Source: an uncultured Agromyces sp.
GTDB lineage: Bacteria; Actinomycetota; Actinomycetes; Actinomycetales; Microbacteriaceae
Assembly (NCBI GenBank): GCA_913053875.1
Contig: CAJXGN010000011.1
Coordinates: forward strand, 23,190-87,189
Direction of reading: 5' to 3'
DNA length: 64,000 nucleotides
Made by a program: the position numbers and the translations under genes. The notes under the pieces were generated by a model. It was not told the DNA's origin. It saw only the letters and a program-made list of their open reading frames with translations, and ran no database searches. Below, one piece after another: positions 38,286-47,569 of the stretch; position 1 is the first letter of the stretch, and each line of letters opens with the position of its first letter.

Positions 38286-38615
38286 ATGGTTTCGACGCTG
38301 GCACCCGAGAAGTTCGATCAGGTCGAAGAGGCGCTGAAGGACGTCATGGACCCCGAGTTGGGGGTCAACGTCGTCGACCTGGGCCTGATCTACGACCTCG
38401 GCTGGGACGACGAGCACGACGCGCTGATCATCCACATGACGCTCACGAGCGCCGGATGCCCGCTGACTGACGTGCTCGAGGAGCAGACCGCGCAGGCCCT
38501 GGACGGGGTCGTCGACGCGTTCCGCATCAACTGGGTGTGGATGCCGCCGTGGGGTCCGGAGCGGATCACCGACGACGGCCGCGACCAGATGCGCGCCCTC
38601 GGCTTCGCGATCTGA
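38286..38615 (+). CDS. sufT: SufT/DUF59 Fe-S assembly factor
   Basis: DPELGVNVVDLGLIY, MTLTSAGCPL, VWMPPW. Confidence 0.9.
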   Translation: MVSTLAPEKFDQVEEALKDVMDPELGVNVVDLGLIYDLGWDDEHDALIIHMTLTSAGCPLTDVLEEQTAQALDGVVDAFRINWVWMPPWGPERITDDGRDQMRALGFAI

Positions 38616-38647
38616 CCCGTCGGCCGCACGCACCACGCGACGTTCGC

Positions 38648-38679
38648 ACGCGCCGCCACCCGACCGGGTGGCGGCGCGT
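38648..38679. terminator. Bidirectional hairpin between the suf operon and dcp
   Basis: ACGCGCCGCCACCCG-AC-CGGGTGGCGGCGCGT. Confidence 0.7.
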
Positions 38680-38695
38680 TCGCGTGAAGTGCGTC

Positions 38696-40741
38696 CTACG
38701 CGTCGAGCCCGCGGCGCCGCAGCAGCGGCTCGAGCTCGGCGTCGCGCCCGCGGAAGTCGCGATACGCCTCGAGCGGGTCGCCGCCGCCGCCCACGCCGAG
38801 CAGGCGCCGGCGGAACCGCTCGCCGTTCTCGCGCGTGAGCCCGCCGTGCTCGCGGAACCACTCGACCGTGTCGGCGTCGAGCACCTCGCTCCAGATGTAG
38901 GAGTAGTAGCCGGCGCTGTAGCCACCCGAGAAGGTGTGCGCGAAGTAGGTGCTCAAGTAGCGCGTGGGCACGAGCGGGTCGTCGAGGCCCGCGTCGGCGA
39001 GCGCCTGCGCCTCGAACGCCCCGACGTCGTCGACCACGTCGTCGGCGGTGAGCCGGTGCCACGCCTGGTCGAGCAGCGCTGCGGCGAGGTACTCGACGGT
39101 CGCGTGGCCCTCGCCCCACTGCTCGGCGGCCAGGAGGCGGTCGACGAGTTCCTGCGGCATCCGCTCGCCCGTCTCGTGGTGCACCGCGTAGTTCGCGAGC
39201 ACCTCGGGCCAGAGCATCCACATCTCGTTCACCTGGCTCGGGAACTCGACGAAGTCGCGGTGCACGCTCGTGCCCGAGAGCTTCGGGTACGTCGTGCTCC
39301 CGAAGAGCCCGTGCAGCGCGTGGCCGAACTCGTGGAACAGCGTGCGGGTCTCGTCGTAGGTGAGCAGCGTCGGCTCGCCCGCGGCGGGCTTGGGCACGTT
39401 GAGGTTGTTGACCACGACCGGCAGCGTGCCGAGCAGCGTCGACTGGGTGACGATCGGGTTCATCCAGGCGCCGCCGCGCTTGGAGTCGCGCGTGTAGAGG
39501 TCGAACACGAACAGTCCGACGGGGGAGCCGTCGGCCTCGTGCACCTCGAAGACCCGCGCGTCGGGGTGGTACGCGACGAGGTCGTCCCGCTCGGTGAACG
39601 TGACGCCGTAGAGCTCGGTCGCGGCGAAGAACACCCCGTCGCGCAGCACGCGCTCGGCCTCGAAGTAGGGGCGCATCGCCGCGGTGTCGACCGCGTAGTC
39701 GCGGGCGCGCACCTGCTCCGAGTAGTACGGCCAGTCGGATGCCTCGAGCGGCCGCGCGCCCGGGGTCTCGGCGACGACCGCGGCGAGACGGTCGCGTTCG
39801 GCGCGCGCGTTGCGCGCGGCGGCCGGCGCGAGCGAGCCGAGCATCTCGGCGACCGCCTCCGGGCTGCCCGCGGTCTGGTCGGCGGTGATGTAGGAGGCGT
39901 GGTTGGCGAAGCCGAGCAGTCGGGCGCGCTCGGCGCGGAGGCGCACGATCTCGAGCACCGTCGCGCGCGTGTCGTGCTCGTTGCCGCGCGCGCCGCGGGC
40001 GCGGGAGGCGGCCATGACGCGGTCGCGCGTGGCCTCGCTCGTGAGCGAGGCGAGCCACGGGTGGCCCGTGGGCAGCACGAGCGTGATGAGGAAGCCGTCG
40101 AGCCCGCGGTCGGCGGCGGCGGCCGCTGCGGCCGAGCGTTCGCCGTCGGAGAGGCCGTCGAGATCGGAGGCATCCGTCACCTGCACCGCGAGGTCGTTCG
40201 TGTCGGCGAGCAGGTGCTTCTCGAACCGCGTGGCGAGGGCGGCGAGGCGCTGGTTGAGCTCCTTGAGACGCTCGGTCTCGTCGGGGGAGAGCGCGGCGCC
40301 CGCGAGCGTGAACTCGCGGTGCGTGCGCTCGAGCAGGTAGCGCGACTCCGCGTCGAGGTCGAGCGCGTCGATGTCGGCGTGCAGGGCGTCGATGCGCCGG
40401 TAGAGCGCCGGGTCGAGCCGGATAGCGTCCTCGTGCGCGGCCAGCCGCGGCGCGAACTCCGCTTCGAGCGCGTCGGTGGCGGGCGTGGAGTCGGCCGAGC
40501 TCTGGTTGGAGAACACCTCGAGCACGCGACGGAGGGTCTGGCCGCTGAGCTCGAGCGGCAGCATCGTGTTCGCGAACGTGGGCGGGTCGAGCTGCTCGGT
40601 GATGGCGCGCACCTCGGCGAGCTGCTCGGCCATGCCCTGCTCGAGGGCGGGGCCGTAGTGCTCCTCGCGGATCTCGGCGAAGGGCGGCAACTGGTAGGGG
40701 AGCGTGCTCGGCGTGAGCAGCGGATTGACGGTCTGGGCCAT
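38696..40741 (-). CDS. dcp: M3-family metallopeptidase (peptidyl-dipeptidase Dcp-like)
   Basis: NPLLTPSTLPYQLPPF, KRGGAWM, FHEFGHALH zinc motif, DFVEFPSQ, YSAGYYSYIW. Confidence 0.9.
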   Translation of the reverse strand: MAQTVNPLLTPSTLPYQLPPFAEIREEHYGPALEQGMAEQLAEVRAITEQLDPPTFANTMLPLELSGQTLRRVLEVFSNQSSADSTPATDALEAEFAPRLAAHEDAIRLDPALYRRIDALHADIDALDLDAESRYLLERTHREFTLAGAALSPDETERLKELNQRLAALATRFEKHLLADTNDLAVQVTDASDLDGLSDGERSAAAAAAADRGLDGFLITLVLPTGHPWLASLTSEATRDRVMAASRARGARGNEHDTRATVLEIVRLRAERARLLGFANHASYITADQTAGSPEAVAEMLGSLAPAAARNARAERDRLAAVVAETPGARPLEASDWPYYSEQVRARDYAVDTAAMRPYFEAERVLRDGVFFAATELYGVTFTERDDLVAYHPDARVFEVHEADGSPVGLFVFDLYTRDSKRGGAWMNPIVTQSTLLGTLPVVVNNLNVPKPAAGEPTLLTYDETRTLFHEFGHALHGLFGSTTYPKLSGTSVHRDFVEFPSQVNEMWMLWPEVLANYAVHHETGERMPQELVDRLLAAEQWGEGHATVEYLAAALLDQAWHRLTADDVVDDVGAFEAQALADAGLDDPLVPTRYLSTYFAHTFSGGYSAGYYSYIWSEVLDADTVEWFREHGGLTRENGERFRRRLLGVGGGGDPLEAYRDFRGRDAELEPLLRRRGLDA

Positions 40742-40792
40742 CCGTCCAGCCTAGGCGGCATGGGCGCCGACGGACGGTTCTAGGCTCGTGTC

Positions 40793-41626
40793 ATGGACAC
40801 GGACATCGACCGGTCGGAGGTCGCGCCACGGGACGAGTACACGCACGGGCATCACGAGAGCGTGGTGCGCACGCACGCGTGGCGCACGGTGGCGAACTCG
40901 GCCGAGTATCTCATCCCGCACCTCCAGCCGGGCGCCCGTGTGCTCGACGTGGGCAGCGGGCCCGGCAGCATCACGATCGACATCGCCCGGCGGGTCGATC
41001 CGGCACCGGTGCGGGGCGTCGACGCCTCGGCGCAGATCGTCGCGCAGGCCGCGGGACTCGCGGCCGACAACGGCGTGCACAACGTCGAGTTCGCGGTCGA
41101 CGACGCGTACCGGCTCGACGCCGAGGACGACACGTACGACGTGGTGCACGCGCACCAGGTGCTGCAGCACCTCGGCCGCCCGGAGGACGCGCTGCGCGAG
41201 TTCCGGCGCGTGCTGAAGCCGGGCGGCGTGGCCGGGGTGCGCGACGTCGACTACGGCGGCGTGATCTGGTACCCGCTGATCCCTGCGCTCGACAAGTGGC
41301 TCGACGTCTACCGCCGGGTGCACGTGTGGAACGGCGGCGACCCGCTGGCCGGGCGCACGCTCAAGCACTGGGCCGTGAACGCCGGCTTCGCGCGGGTCGA
41401 CGTGAGCGCGTCGGTCTGGCTCTTCTCGAGCCCCGCCGAGCGGGAGTGGTGGGGCGGGTCCTGGGCCGAGCGGGCGGTCGAGTCGACGTTCGCCGCGCAC
41501 GCGATCGAGTCGGGACACGCCGGCTGGGGCGACCTGAAGGAGATCGCGGCGGGGTGGCGCGAGTGGGCGGCGCACGACGACGGCTGGGTGCTCATGCCGC
41601 ACGGGGAGGTCATCGCGCACGGGTGA
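40793..41626 (+). CDS. Class I SAM-dependent methyltransferase
   Basis: VLDVGSGPG motif I, DVVHAHQVLQH, RRVLKPGG; substrate unknown. Confidence 0.9.
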   Translation: MDTDIDRSEVAPRDEYTHGHHESVVRTHAWRTVANSAEYLIPHLQPGARVLDVGSGPGSITIDIARRVDPAPVRGVDASAQIVAQAAGLAADNGVHNVEFAVDDAYRLDAEDDTYDVVHAHQVLQHLGRPEDALREFRRVLKPGGVAGVRDVDYGGVIWYPLIPALDKWLDVYRRVHVWNGGDPLAGRTLKHWAVNAGFARVDVSASVWLFSSPAEREWWGGSWAERAVESTFAAHAIESGHAGWGDLKEIAAGWREWAAHDDGWVLMPHGEVIAHG

Positions 41627-41668
41627 GCACGAGGGGCGGATGCTCCGCACCAGCGACCGTCCACCTCA

Positions 41669-41724
41669 TGCAAAGCTCCCATTGCAAAGAAAGGCTTGCA
41701 AAGAGTTCTTTGCAAGAGTAGCGT
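41669..41724 (+). promoter_or_regulatory. 14-bp-periodic operator array over the promoter of the ArsR-like gene
   Basis: TGCAA at 41669, 41683, 41697 and 41711; palindrome TGCAAAGA-GT-TCTTTGCA at 41697-41714; -10 TAGCGT at 41719-41724. Confidence 0.75.
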
Positions 41725-41731
41725 CTCGGGT

Positions 41732-42349
41732 ATGGACACTCCCGAGCACGCAGCATCGGCGGCCGCCGCGCCACCCCCGCGCATCGCGGACCTCGGCACG
41801 CTGAAGGCCCTCGGGCATCCGCTGCGCATGCAGATCTTCGATGCGCTGTCGCTGCATGGCGCCGCCACCTCGAGCATGCTCGCGGAGCGGCTGGGGGAGT
41901 CGAGCGGCGCGATGAGCTACCACCTCCGGCAGCTCGCGCAGTACGACCTCGTGCGCGAGGTCGTCGGCCGCGGCACCGCCCGCGAACGCTGGTGGGAGCG
42001 CACGCCCGGCGCGCTCACCGTGCCGCCCGACCACGGGTCGGATCCGGCGGTGAAGGCCGCCACCCAGGTCGTCATGGACCACGTGCAGCACGAGCGCGAG
42101 TCGCACCTGCGCGAGTTCCTCGATCGCGGCATGCACGAGCTGCCCGACGAGTGGCTCCACGCGAGCGTCATGTCCACGGCGCACCTGCGACTCACGCGCG
42201 AGCAGCTCGACGAGGCGTCGAGCGAGCTCGCGCACGCGGTCGAGGCGATCGTCACCCGCTACCGCAGCATGGACCTGCCCGGGTCTCGCCCGGTCGAACT
42301 GCAACTCAACGCATTCCCGCTCGTCGATGGAGAGGAACTCCCGCAATGA
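41732..42349 (+). CDS. ArsR-like winged-HTH transcriptional regulator (no Cys)
   Basis: LKALGHPLRMQIFDAL...LAERLGESSGAMSYHLRQLA...RERWWE; leaderless ATG 7 nt after the -10. Confidence 0.88.
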   Translation: MDTPEHAASAAAAPPPRIADLGTLKALGHPLRMQIFDALSLHGAATSSMLAERLGESSGAMSYHLRQLAQYDLVREVVGRGTARERWWERTPGALTVPPDHGSDPAVKAATQVVMDHVQHERESHLREFLDRGMHELPDEWLHASVMSTAHLRLTREQLDEASSELAHAVEAIVTRYRSMDLPGSRPVELQLNAFPLVDGEELPQ

Positions 42350-42555
42350 CCGCCACCGCACTGCCGATCCGCGGCACCCGTCGCGTGCCGGCCGACCGTC
42401 TCGAACGACTCGCCACCCGCGTCGGCGTCGAGCTCACCCGCTGGGCGAGCCGGCGGCGCGCTCGTCGCTCGCTGATGCAGCCCAGTACCGCCCGCCGCCT
42501 GAGCGAGGGCGAGCTCTCCGAGTTCCGCCTCCGCGCCGGGGTGGGCATGCGCTGA
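42346..42555 (+). CDS. Small basic hypothetical protein, 69 aa, coupled to the ArsR-like gene
   Basis: ATGA overlap with the regulator stop, GGAGAGG RBS; MTATALPIRGTRRVPADRLERLATRVGVELTRWASRRR... Confidence 0.6.
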   Translation: MTATALPIRGTRRVPADRLERLATRVGVELTRWASRRRARRSLMQPSTARRLSEGELSEFRLRAGVGMR

Positions 42556-42583
42556 ACCGGGCCCGAGCGCTCGGCGCCACGAC

Positions 42584-42835
42584 TCACCAGTCGTCGTCGG
42601 CGTTCGCCTCCGGTTCGGCCGGCTCCGTGATCGGCGCGAGACCGCCGGGACGCTGCCGCACCCGCGTGCCGTCGTCGAGCGTCGCGATCGCGAGGCCCTC
42701 GAGCCAGGTGAGGGTCCAGTACTGCCCCTCGAGCGACGTGGTGGCGGCCTCGGCGTCCGCGATCGCGGCGCGTACGGGCTCCGGCACCGACGCGGGTGCG
42801 GCGGTGCCGGCGGGCCAGCGGGTGCCGAGCTGCAT
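42584..42835 (-). CDS. Hypothetical protein, 83 aa, coupled to valS
   Basis: TGATG overlap with the valS stop; MQLGTRWPAG...YWTLTWLEGLAIATLDDG, acidic tail. Confidence 0.7.
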   Translation of the reverse strand: MQLGTRWPAGTAAPASVPEPVRAAIADAEAATTSLEGQYWTLTWLEGLAIATLDDGTRVRQRPGGLAPITEPAEPEANADDDW

Positions 42836-45414
42836 CAGGCCTCCGCGGGTGCGAGCACGACCTCGTTGACGGCGAGCTCGTCGGCCTCGTCGAAGTCGAG
42901 CGTCTCGATCCGGCCCACCGCACGCAGGTCGCCCGCTGCCAGCGCGAGCAGCGCGATCCCGGCCGCGGGGCCCCCGATGCGGGCGGTCGAGACCGGCGTG
43001 CGCTGCGAGGCCTTCGCGTCGGTCTTGGCGCGGCGGATGCCCGTGAGGGCGGCGCTCGCGAGGCGCAGCAGCTCGGGGTCGCCGGCCTCGTCGAGCGCGA
43101 GCTCGTCGGCAACCGGCCAGGTCGCGCGGTGCACCGACCCCTCGTGCGACCACGACCACGCCTCCTCGGTCGCGAACGGGATCACCGGGGCGAACAGGCG
43201 CAGCAGCGTCGACAGGGCGCGGTTGAGGGCCGCCACGGCCGAGGCCTGCTCGGGGCCGGCCTCGCCGTACGCGCGCTCCTTCACGAGCTCGAGGTAGTCG
43301 TCGCAGAACGTCCAGAAGAACGTCTCAGTGAGCTCGAGCGCCCGCGCGTGGTCGTACGCCTCGAGCGCGGCCGTCGCCTGCTCGACGACGCCCTGCAGAG
43401 TGGCAAGCATGCTGCGGTCGAGCGCTTCGGTCACGGGTGCATCCGCCGTGCCCTCGAACCCGAGGATGAACTTCGACGCGTTCAGCACCTTGATCGCGAG
43501 GCGACGGCCGATCTTCACCTGAGTCGGGTTCTGCGGGTCGAACGCGGCGTCGGTACCGAGGCGGGACGACGACGCCCAGTAGCGCACCGCGTCGGAGCCG
43601 TGCTGCTGGAGCAGGCCCGCCGGGGTCACCACGTTGCCCTTCGACTTCGACATCTTCTTGCGGTCGGGGTCGACGATGAAGCCCGAGATCGCGGCGTTGC
43701 CCCACGGCGCGACGCCGTGCTCGAGCTCGGCGCGCAGCGTCGACGAGAACAGCCAGGTGCGGATGATGTCCTGGCCCTGCGGGCGCAGGTCGTACGGGAA
43801 CACGAGGTCGAACAGCTCGGGGTCGCGCTCCCAGCCGCCCGCGAGCTGCGGGGTGAGCGACGAGGTCGCCCAGGTGTCCATGATGTCGAGCTCGCCGATG
43901 AAGCCGTTCGCCTGGCCGCGCTGCGACTCCGCGAAGCCGGGAGCGGGCTGCGACGACGGGTCGACCGGCAGCAGGTCCTCGGTCGCCACGATGGGCTCGT
44001 CGAACACCGGCTCGCCGTCCGCGTCGAGCGGGTACCAGACCGGGATGGGCACGCCGAAGAAGCGCTGCCGAGAGATGAGCCAGTCGCCCGAGAGGCCGCC
44101 CACCCAGTTCTCGTACCGCACGCGCATGAAGTCGGGGTGCCAGTCGATGTCGCGACCCCGCTCCATGAGCCGGTCGCGGAGCGCCTCGTCGCGCGCGCCG
44201 TTGGCGATGTACCACTGGCGCGTCGAGACGATCTCGAGGGGGCGGTCGCCCTTCTCGTAGAACTTCACGGGGTGCGTGATCGCCTTCGGCTCGCCGAGCA
44301 GGTCGCCCGAGGTGAGCAGCAGGTCGACCATGGCCTTCTTCGCGCTGAACACGGTCTTGCCGGCCAGCTCGGCGAACGCGGCGAGGCCGGCCTCGGAGTC
44401 GATCGCCTCGGGGGCGTCCGGCACGATGCGGCCGTCGAAGCCGATGATCGCGCGGTTCGGCAGGTTCAGCTCGCGCCACCAGGTCACGTCGGTCACGTCG
44501 CCGAACGTGCAGATCATTGCGATGCCGGTGCCCTTGTCCTTCTGCGCGAGGTGATGCGCCACCACGGGCACCTCCACGCCGAACACCGGGGTCGTCACGG
44601 TCTGCCCGAACAGCGGCTGGTAGCGCTCGTCGTCGGGGTGCGCCACGAGGGCCACGCACGCGGGGATGAGCTCGGGCCGGCTGGTCTCGATCTCGATCGT
44701 GCCGCCGTCGGGTCGGTGGAACGTCACCCGGTGGTAGTGGCCCGGCTGCTCCCGGTCCTCGAGCTCGGCCTGCGCCACGGCGCTGCGGAACGTCACGTCC
44801 CACATGGTGGGCGCGAGCGCCTGGTACGCCTCGCCGCGGGCCACGTTGCGCACGAAGGCGCGCTGCGAGGTCGTGATCGCATCGTCGGCGATGGTGCGGT
44901 ACGTCTGGGTCCAGTCGACCGAGAGTCCGAGCGTTCGCCAGAGGTCCTCGAAGTGCTGCTCGTCCTCGGCGGTCAGCCGCTCGCACAGCTCGATGAAGTT
45001 GCGGCGCGAGATCGGCACCTGATCGGCGGGCTTGATGGTCTTGCCCTCGGTGCCCTCGTGCGGCGGCGTGAACTCGGCGTCGTACGGCAGCGACGGGTCG
45101 CAGCGCACGCCGTAGTAATTCTGAACGCGGCGCTCGGTCGGCAGGCCGTTGTCGTCCCACCCCATCGGGTAGAACACGCTGCGGCCGCGCATGCGCTGGA
45201 AGCGCGCCACCACGTCGGTGTGCGTGTACGAGAACACGTGGCCGATGTGCAGCGAACCCGACGCGGTCGGCGGGGGCGTGTCGATGGAGTAGATGGTCTC
45301 CTTCGTCGCACCCTCACGATCGAAGCGGTAGGTGCCCTGGTCCTCCCAGACGGTGCCCCAGCTCTGCTCGAGTCCTTCGAGGGCGGGCTTGTCGGGAATG
45401 CGCGACGCGGTCAT
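42835..45414 (-). CDS. valS: Valine--tRNA ligase, type 2 (archaeal-like)
   Basis: PPPTASGSLHIGHVFSY, MGWDDNGLPTER, DWLISRQR, KKMSKSKGN. Confidence 0.96.
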   Translation of the reverse strand: MTASRIPDKPALEGLEQSWGTVWEDQGTYRFDREGATKETIYSIDTPPPTASGSLHIGHVFSYTHTDVVARFQRMRGRSVFYPMGWDDNGLPTERRVQNYYGVRCDPSLPYDAEFTPPHEGTEGKTIKPADQVPISRRNFIELCERLTAEDEQHFEDLWRTLGLSVDWTQTYRTIADDAITTSQRAFVRNVARGEAYQALAPTMWDVTFRSAVAQAELEDREQPGHYHRVTFHRPDGGTIEIETSRPELIPACVALVAHPDDERYQPLFGQTVTTPVFGVEVPVVAHHLAQKDKGTGIAMICTFGDVTDVTWWRELNLPNRAIIGFDGRIVPDAPEAIDSEAGLAAFAELAGKTVFSAKKAMVDLLLTSGDLLGEPKAITHPVKFYEKGDRPLEIVSTRQWYIANGARDEALRDRLMERGRDIDWHPDFMRVRYENWVGGLSGDWLISRQRFFGVPIPVWYPLDADGEPVFDEPIVATEDLLPVDPSSQPAPGFAESQRGQANGFIGELDIMDTWATSSLTPQLAGGWERDPELFDLVFPYDLRPQGQDIIRTWLFSSTLRAELEHGVAPWGNAAISGFIVDPDRKKMSKSKGNVVTPAGLLQQHGSDAVRYWASSSRLGTDAAFDPQNPTQVKIGRRLAIKVLNASKFILGFEGTADAPVTEALDRSMLATLQGVVEQATAALEAYDHARALELTETFFWTFCDDYLELVKERAYGEAGPEQASAVAALNRALSTLLRLFAPVIPFATEEAWSWSHEGSVHRATWPVADELALDEAGDPELLRLASAALTGIRRAKTDAKASQRTPVSTARIGGPAAGIALLALAAGDLRAVGRIETLDFDEADELAVNEVVLAPAEA

Positions 45415-45484
45415 GTGGGAACTCCGGTTCGATATGTGCGGCACCGAGTCAATGTGGAGGTGCCTGAGTGTGCGATTGCAGTGC

Positions 45485-45490
45485 ATTCTA
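45485..45490 (-). promoter_or_regulatory. -10 box of valS
   Basis: TAGAAT on the minus strand about 70 nt upstream of the ATG. Confidence 0.55.
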
Positions 45491-45529
45491 GCCGGATGCC
45501 CCGGGGAGCCGGCAGTGCGTCGACGCGCG

Positions 45530-46855
45530 TCAGTCCGCGGCCGGCGCGGCCGCCCGGCTCCGGGCGATCGTGCCCGCGGCGAGGGCCGAGCCCAGCGTGA
45601 TCGCCGACATGGTCGCGAGCACCACGCCCGGGTGCCACCACTCGAAGGCGGTCGCCTCGCCGAGCGCCAGCGTGAGCGCCGGCACGAAGCCCGAGATCAC
45701 GGCCGCGATGCTGTACGCGAACGACAGCGCCGAGTAGCGGTAGTGGTCGTCGAACAGGTCGCCCATGAGCCCGCCGAGGCTCGCCCAGGCCATGGTGGGC
45801 AGGATGCCGCCGATGATCATCGTGCCGACGAGGATCGGGAACGTGGCGAACTGCAGCAGCCAGTACATCGGGAACGTGATGAGCAGCGTGCCGAGCGCGC
45901 CCCACGCGACGACCCGCGCGGAGCCCACGCGGGTGGCGAGCCAGCCGAACGTGGGAATCGTGACGAGCTGGAGCAGCCCGCCGATGGTGGTCGCGACCAG
46001 CAGGTCCTGGAAGCTGAAGCCGAGCTCGGTCACGCCGTAGTTCACGGTGTACGTGTTCATGAGCGAGTACGAGCCGATGCCGAGCAGCGCTGCGCCGACG
46101 GCGACGACGATCGCGACGGGCTGGCGGGCGAACATCGCGAGGAACGGCACCCGGTCGCGGCGGTGCTCGGCGACGAGCTCGCGGAACACGGGCGTCTCGT
46201 CGATCGACCAGCGCAGGTAGAGCGACACGAGCAGCAGCGGGATCGCGGTGAGGAACGGGATGCGCCAGCCCCACGCGACCATGGCCTCGGTCGTGAGGAG
46301 GGTGGTCATCACGAGGAACACCGTGGCGCTGAGGATCGAGCCGACGGGGGAGCCGAGCTGCGGGACGGCCGCGAAGAACGGGCGCCGGCGCGGGTCGGCG
46401 TGCTCGGTCGCGAGCAGCACCGCCCCGCCCCACTCGCCGCCGAGCGAGAGCCCCTGCAGGATGCGCAGGACGACGAGGCCGATCGCGCCGAGCCAGCCGG
46501 CGGTCGCGTAGTCGGGCAGTACGCCGATGAGGCCGGTCGCGACGCCCATGAGCGTGATGGTGACGATGAGGGTGCTGCGGCGGCCGATGCGGTCGCCGAG
46601 GTGGCCGAACACGATCGCGCCGAGCGGCCGCACGACGAAGGCCAGCGCGATGGAGAGGAACGCCGAGAGCGTGCCGCCGAACACGCCGAGCGGCTCGAAG
46701 AACAGCGGCCCGACGAAGAACGCCGCGAAGTACGCGAAGACGTAGAAGTCGTACGACTCGAGGGCGGTGCCCACGAACGACGCGATCGCGACCCGGCGGA
46801 CGGGACGCGGGGCGCGGTCGAGGTCGGATGCGGGTGCGGCAGGTGCGTTGGTCAC
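45530..46855 (-). CDS. MFS transporter, MHS (metabolite:H+ symporter) family
   Basis: GTALESYDF, RPLGAIVFGHLGDRIGRR, GLSLGGEWGGA, DETPVF; TAGGAT 7 nt before GTG. Confidence 0.92.
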   Translation of the reverse strand: MTNAPAAPASDLDRAPRPVRRVAIASFVGTALESYDFYVFAYFAAFFVGPLFFEPLGVFGGTLSAFLSIALAFVVRPLGAIVFGHLGDRIGRRSTLIVTITLMGVATGLIGVLPDYATAGWLGAIGLVVLRILQGLSLGGEWGGAVLLATEHADPRRRPFFAAVPQLGSPVGSILSATVFLVMTTLLTTEAMVAWGWRIPFLTAIPLLLVSLYLRWSIDETPVFRELVAEHRRDRVPFLAMFARQPVAIVVAVGAALLGIGSYSLMNTYTVNYGVTELGFSFQDLLVATTIGGLLQLVTIPTFGWLATRVGSARVVAWGALGTLLITFPMYWLLQFATFPILVGTMIIGGILPTMAWASLGGLMGDLFDDHYRYSALSFAYSIAAVISGFVPALTLALGEATAFEWWHPGVVLATMSAITLGSALAAGTIARSRAAAPAAD

Positions 46856-46894
46856 GCCCGGCATCCTACGCGCGCTGCGGGGCCTCGCGGCCGG

Positions 46895-47569
46895 TCAGCC
46901 GCGAACGACCTCCCACGTGTGGCTCGTCACGCCGCCCGGGCCCTCGAGCGTGACCGTGTAGATCTCGCTCGCCTCGGTGCACTGGAAGCTCACGCCCTCG
47001 TAGACCTCCTCGTTCGGGAAGACCTCCTCGTAGGGCGCCGCCTTCGCGTCGGTCGTGCCGACGCCGAACCAGGCCTGCTCGGCGCCGTCCGACATCCACT
47101 GGAAGCGCAGCGGCACCGACGAGACGCCGTCGCAGAGGGCGACCTCGGGCTCGAACGCCGTCGTCGTGAAGACCGGGGCGGGCGTCGTCTCGCCGCCGCC
47201 GTCGGTCGAGCCGCCATCGCCGCCGCCGTCGGTCGAGCCGCCGTCGCCGCCGTCCTCGGTGTCGTCCTCGGGCTCCTCCGACTCGGTCGGCTCGGGCTCG
47301 GTGGTCTCCGTGGCGGTGGGCGTCGGGGCGGCCACCGGCTCCTCCTCGTCGGACCCGCCCGTGAGCAGCACGACCACGAGCACGATCACGGCGATGAGCA
47401 GCACGCCGGCGAGGATCGAGATGAGGATCAGCGCGGTGCGACGCCCGCCACCCTCGGGCGACTCGTCGGGGGCATCCGCCTGCACCGGCGCCATCGGCAC
47501 CGTCTCGGCGTGGTCGATCGGGCGCGTGGCGTCAGGGTCCTCGGGGCGGTTCGTTCCGTCGTCGCTCAT
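46895..47569 (-). CDS. Hypothetical single-pass membrane protein with acidic/Gly linker and C-terminal extracellular domain
   Basis: One TM helix ([23 protein letters not shown]), Glu/Pro/Thr linker, two Cys in a beta-rich tail; GGAGGA RBS. Confidence 0.75.
   Translation of the reverse strand: MSDDGTNRPEDPDATRPIDHAETVPMAPVQADAPDESPEGGGRRTALILISILAGVLLIAVIVLVVVLLTGGSDEEEPVAAPTPTATETTEPEPTESEEPEDDTEDGGDGGSTDGGGDGGSTDGGGETTPAPVFTTTAFEPEVALCDGVSSVPLRFQWMSDGAEQAWFGVGTTDAKAAPYEEVFPNEEVYEGVSFQCTEASEIYTVTLEGPGGVTSHTWEVVRG
47191..47244 (-). repeat. 27-bp tandem duplication encoding DGGSTDGGG twice
   Basis: CGCCGCCGCCGTCGGTCGAGCCGCC(A/G)T x2. Confidence 0.7.

Noticed and set aside
41669-41718. Periodic repeats as a mini-CRISPR or iteron array
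   Set aside because: Units are only 14 bp with no spacers, and there is no cas or rep gene. The position over a repressor promoter fits operators.
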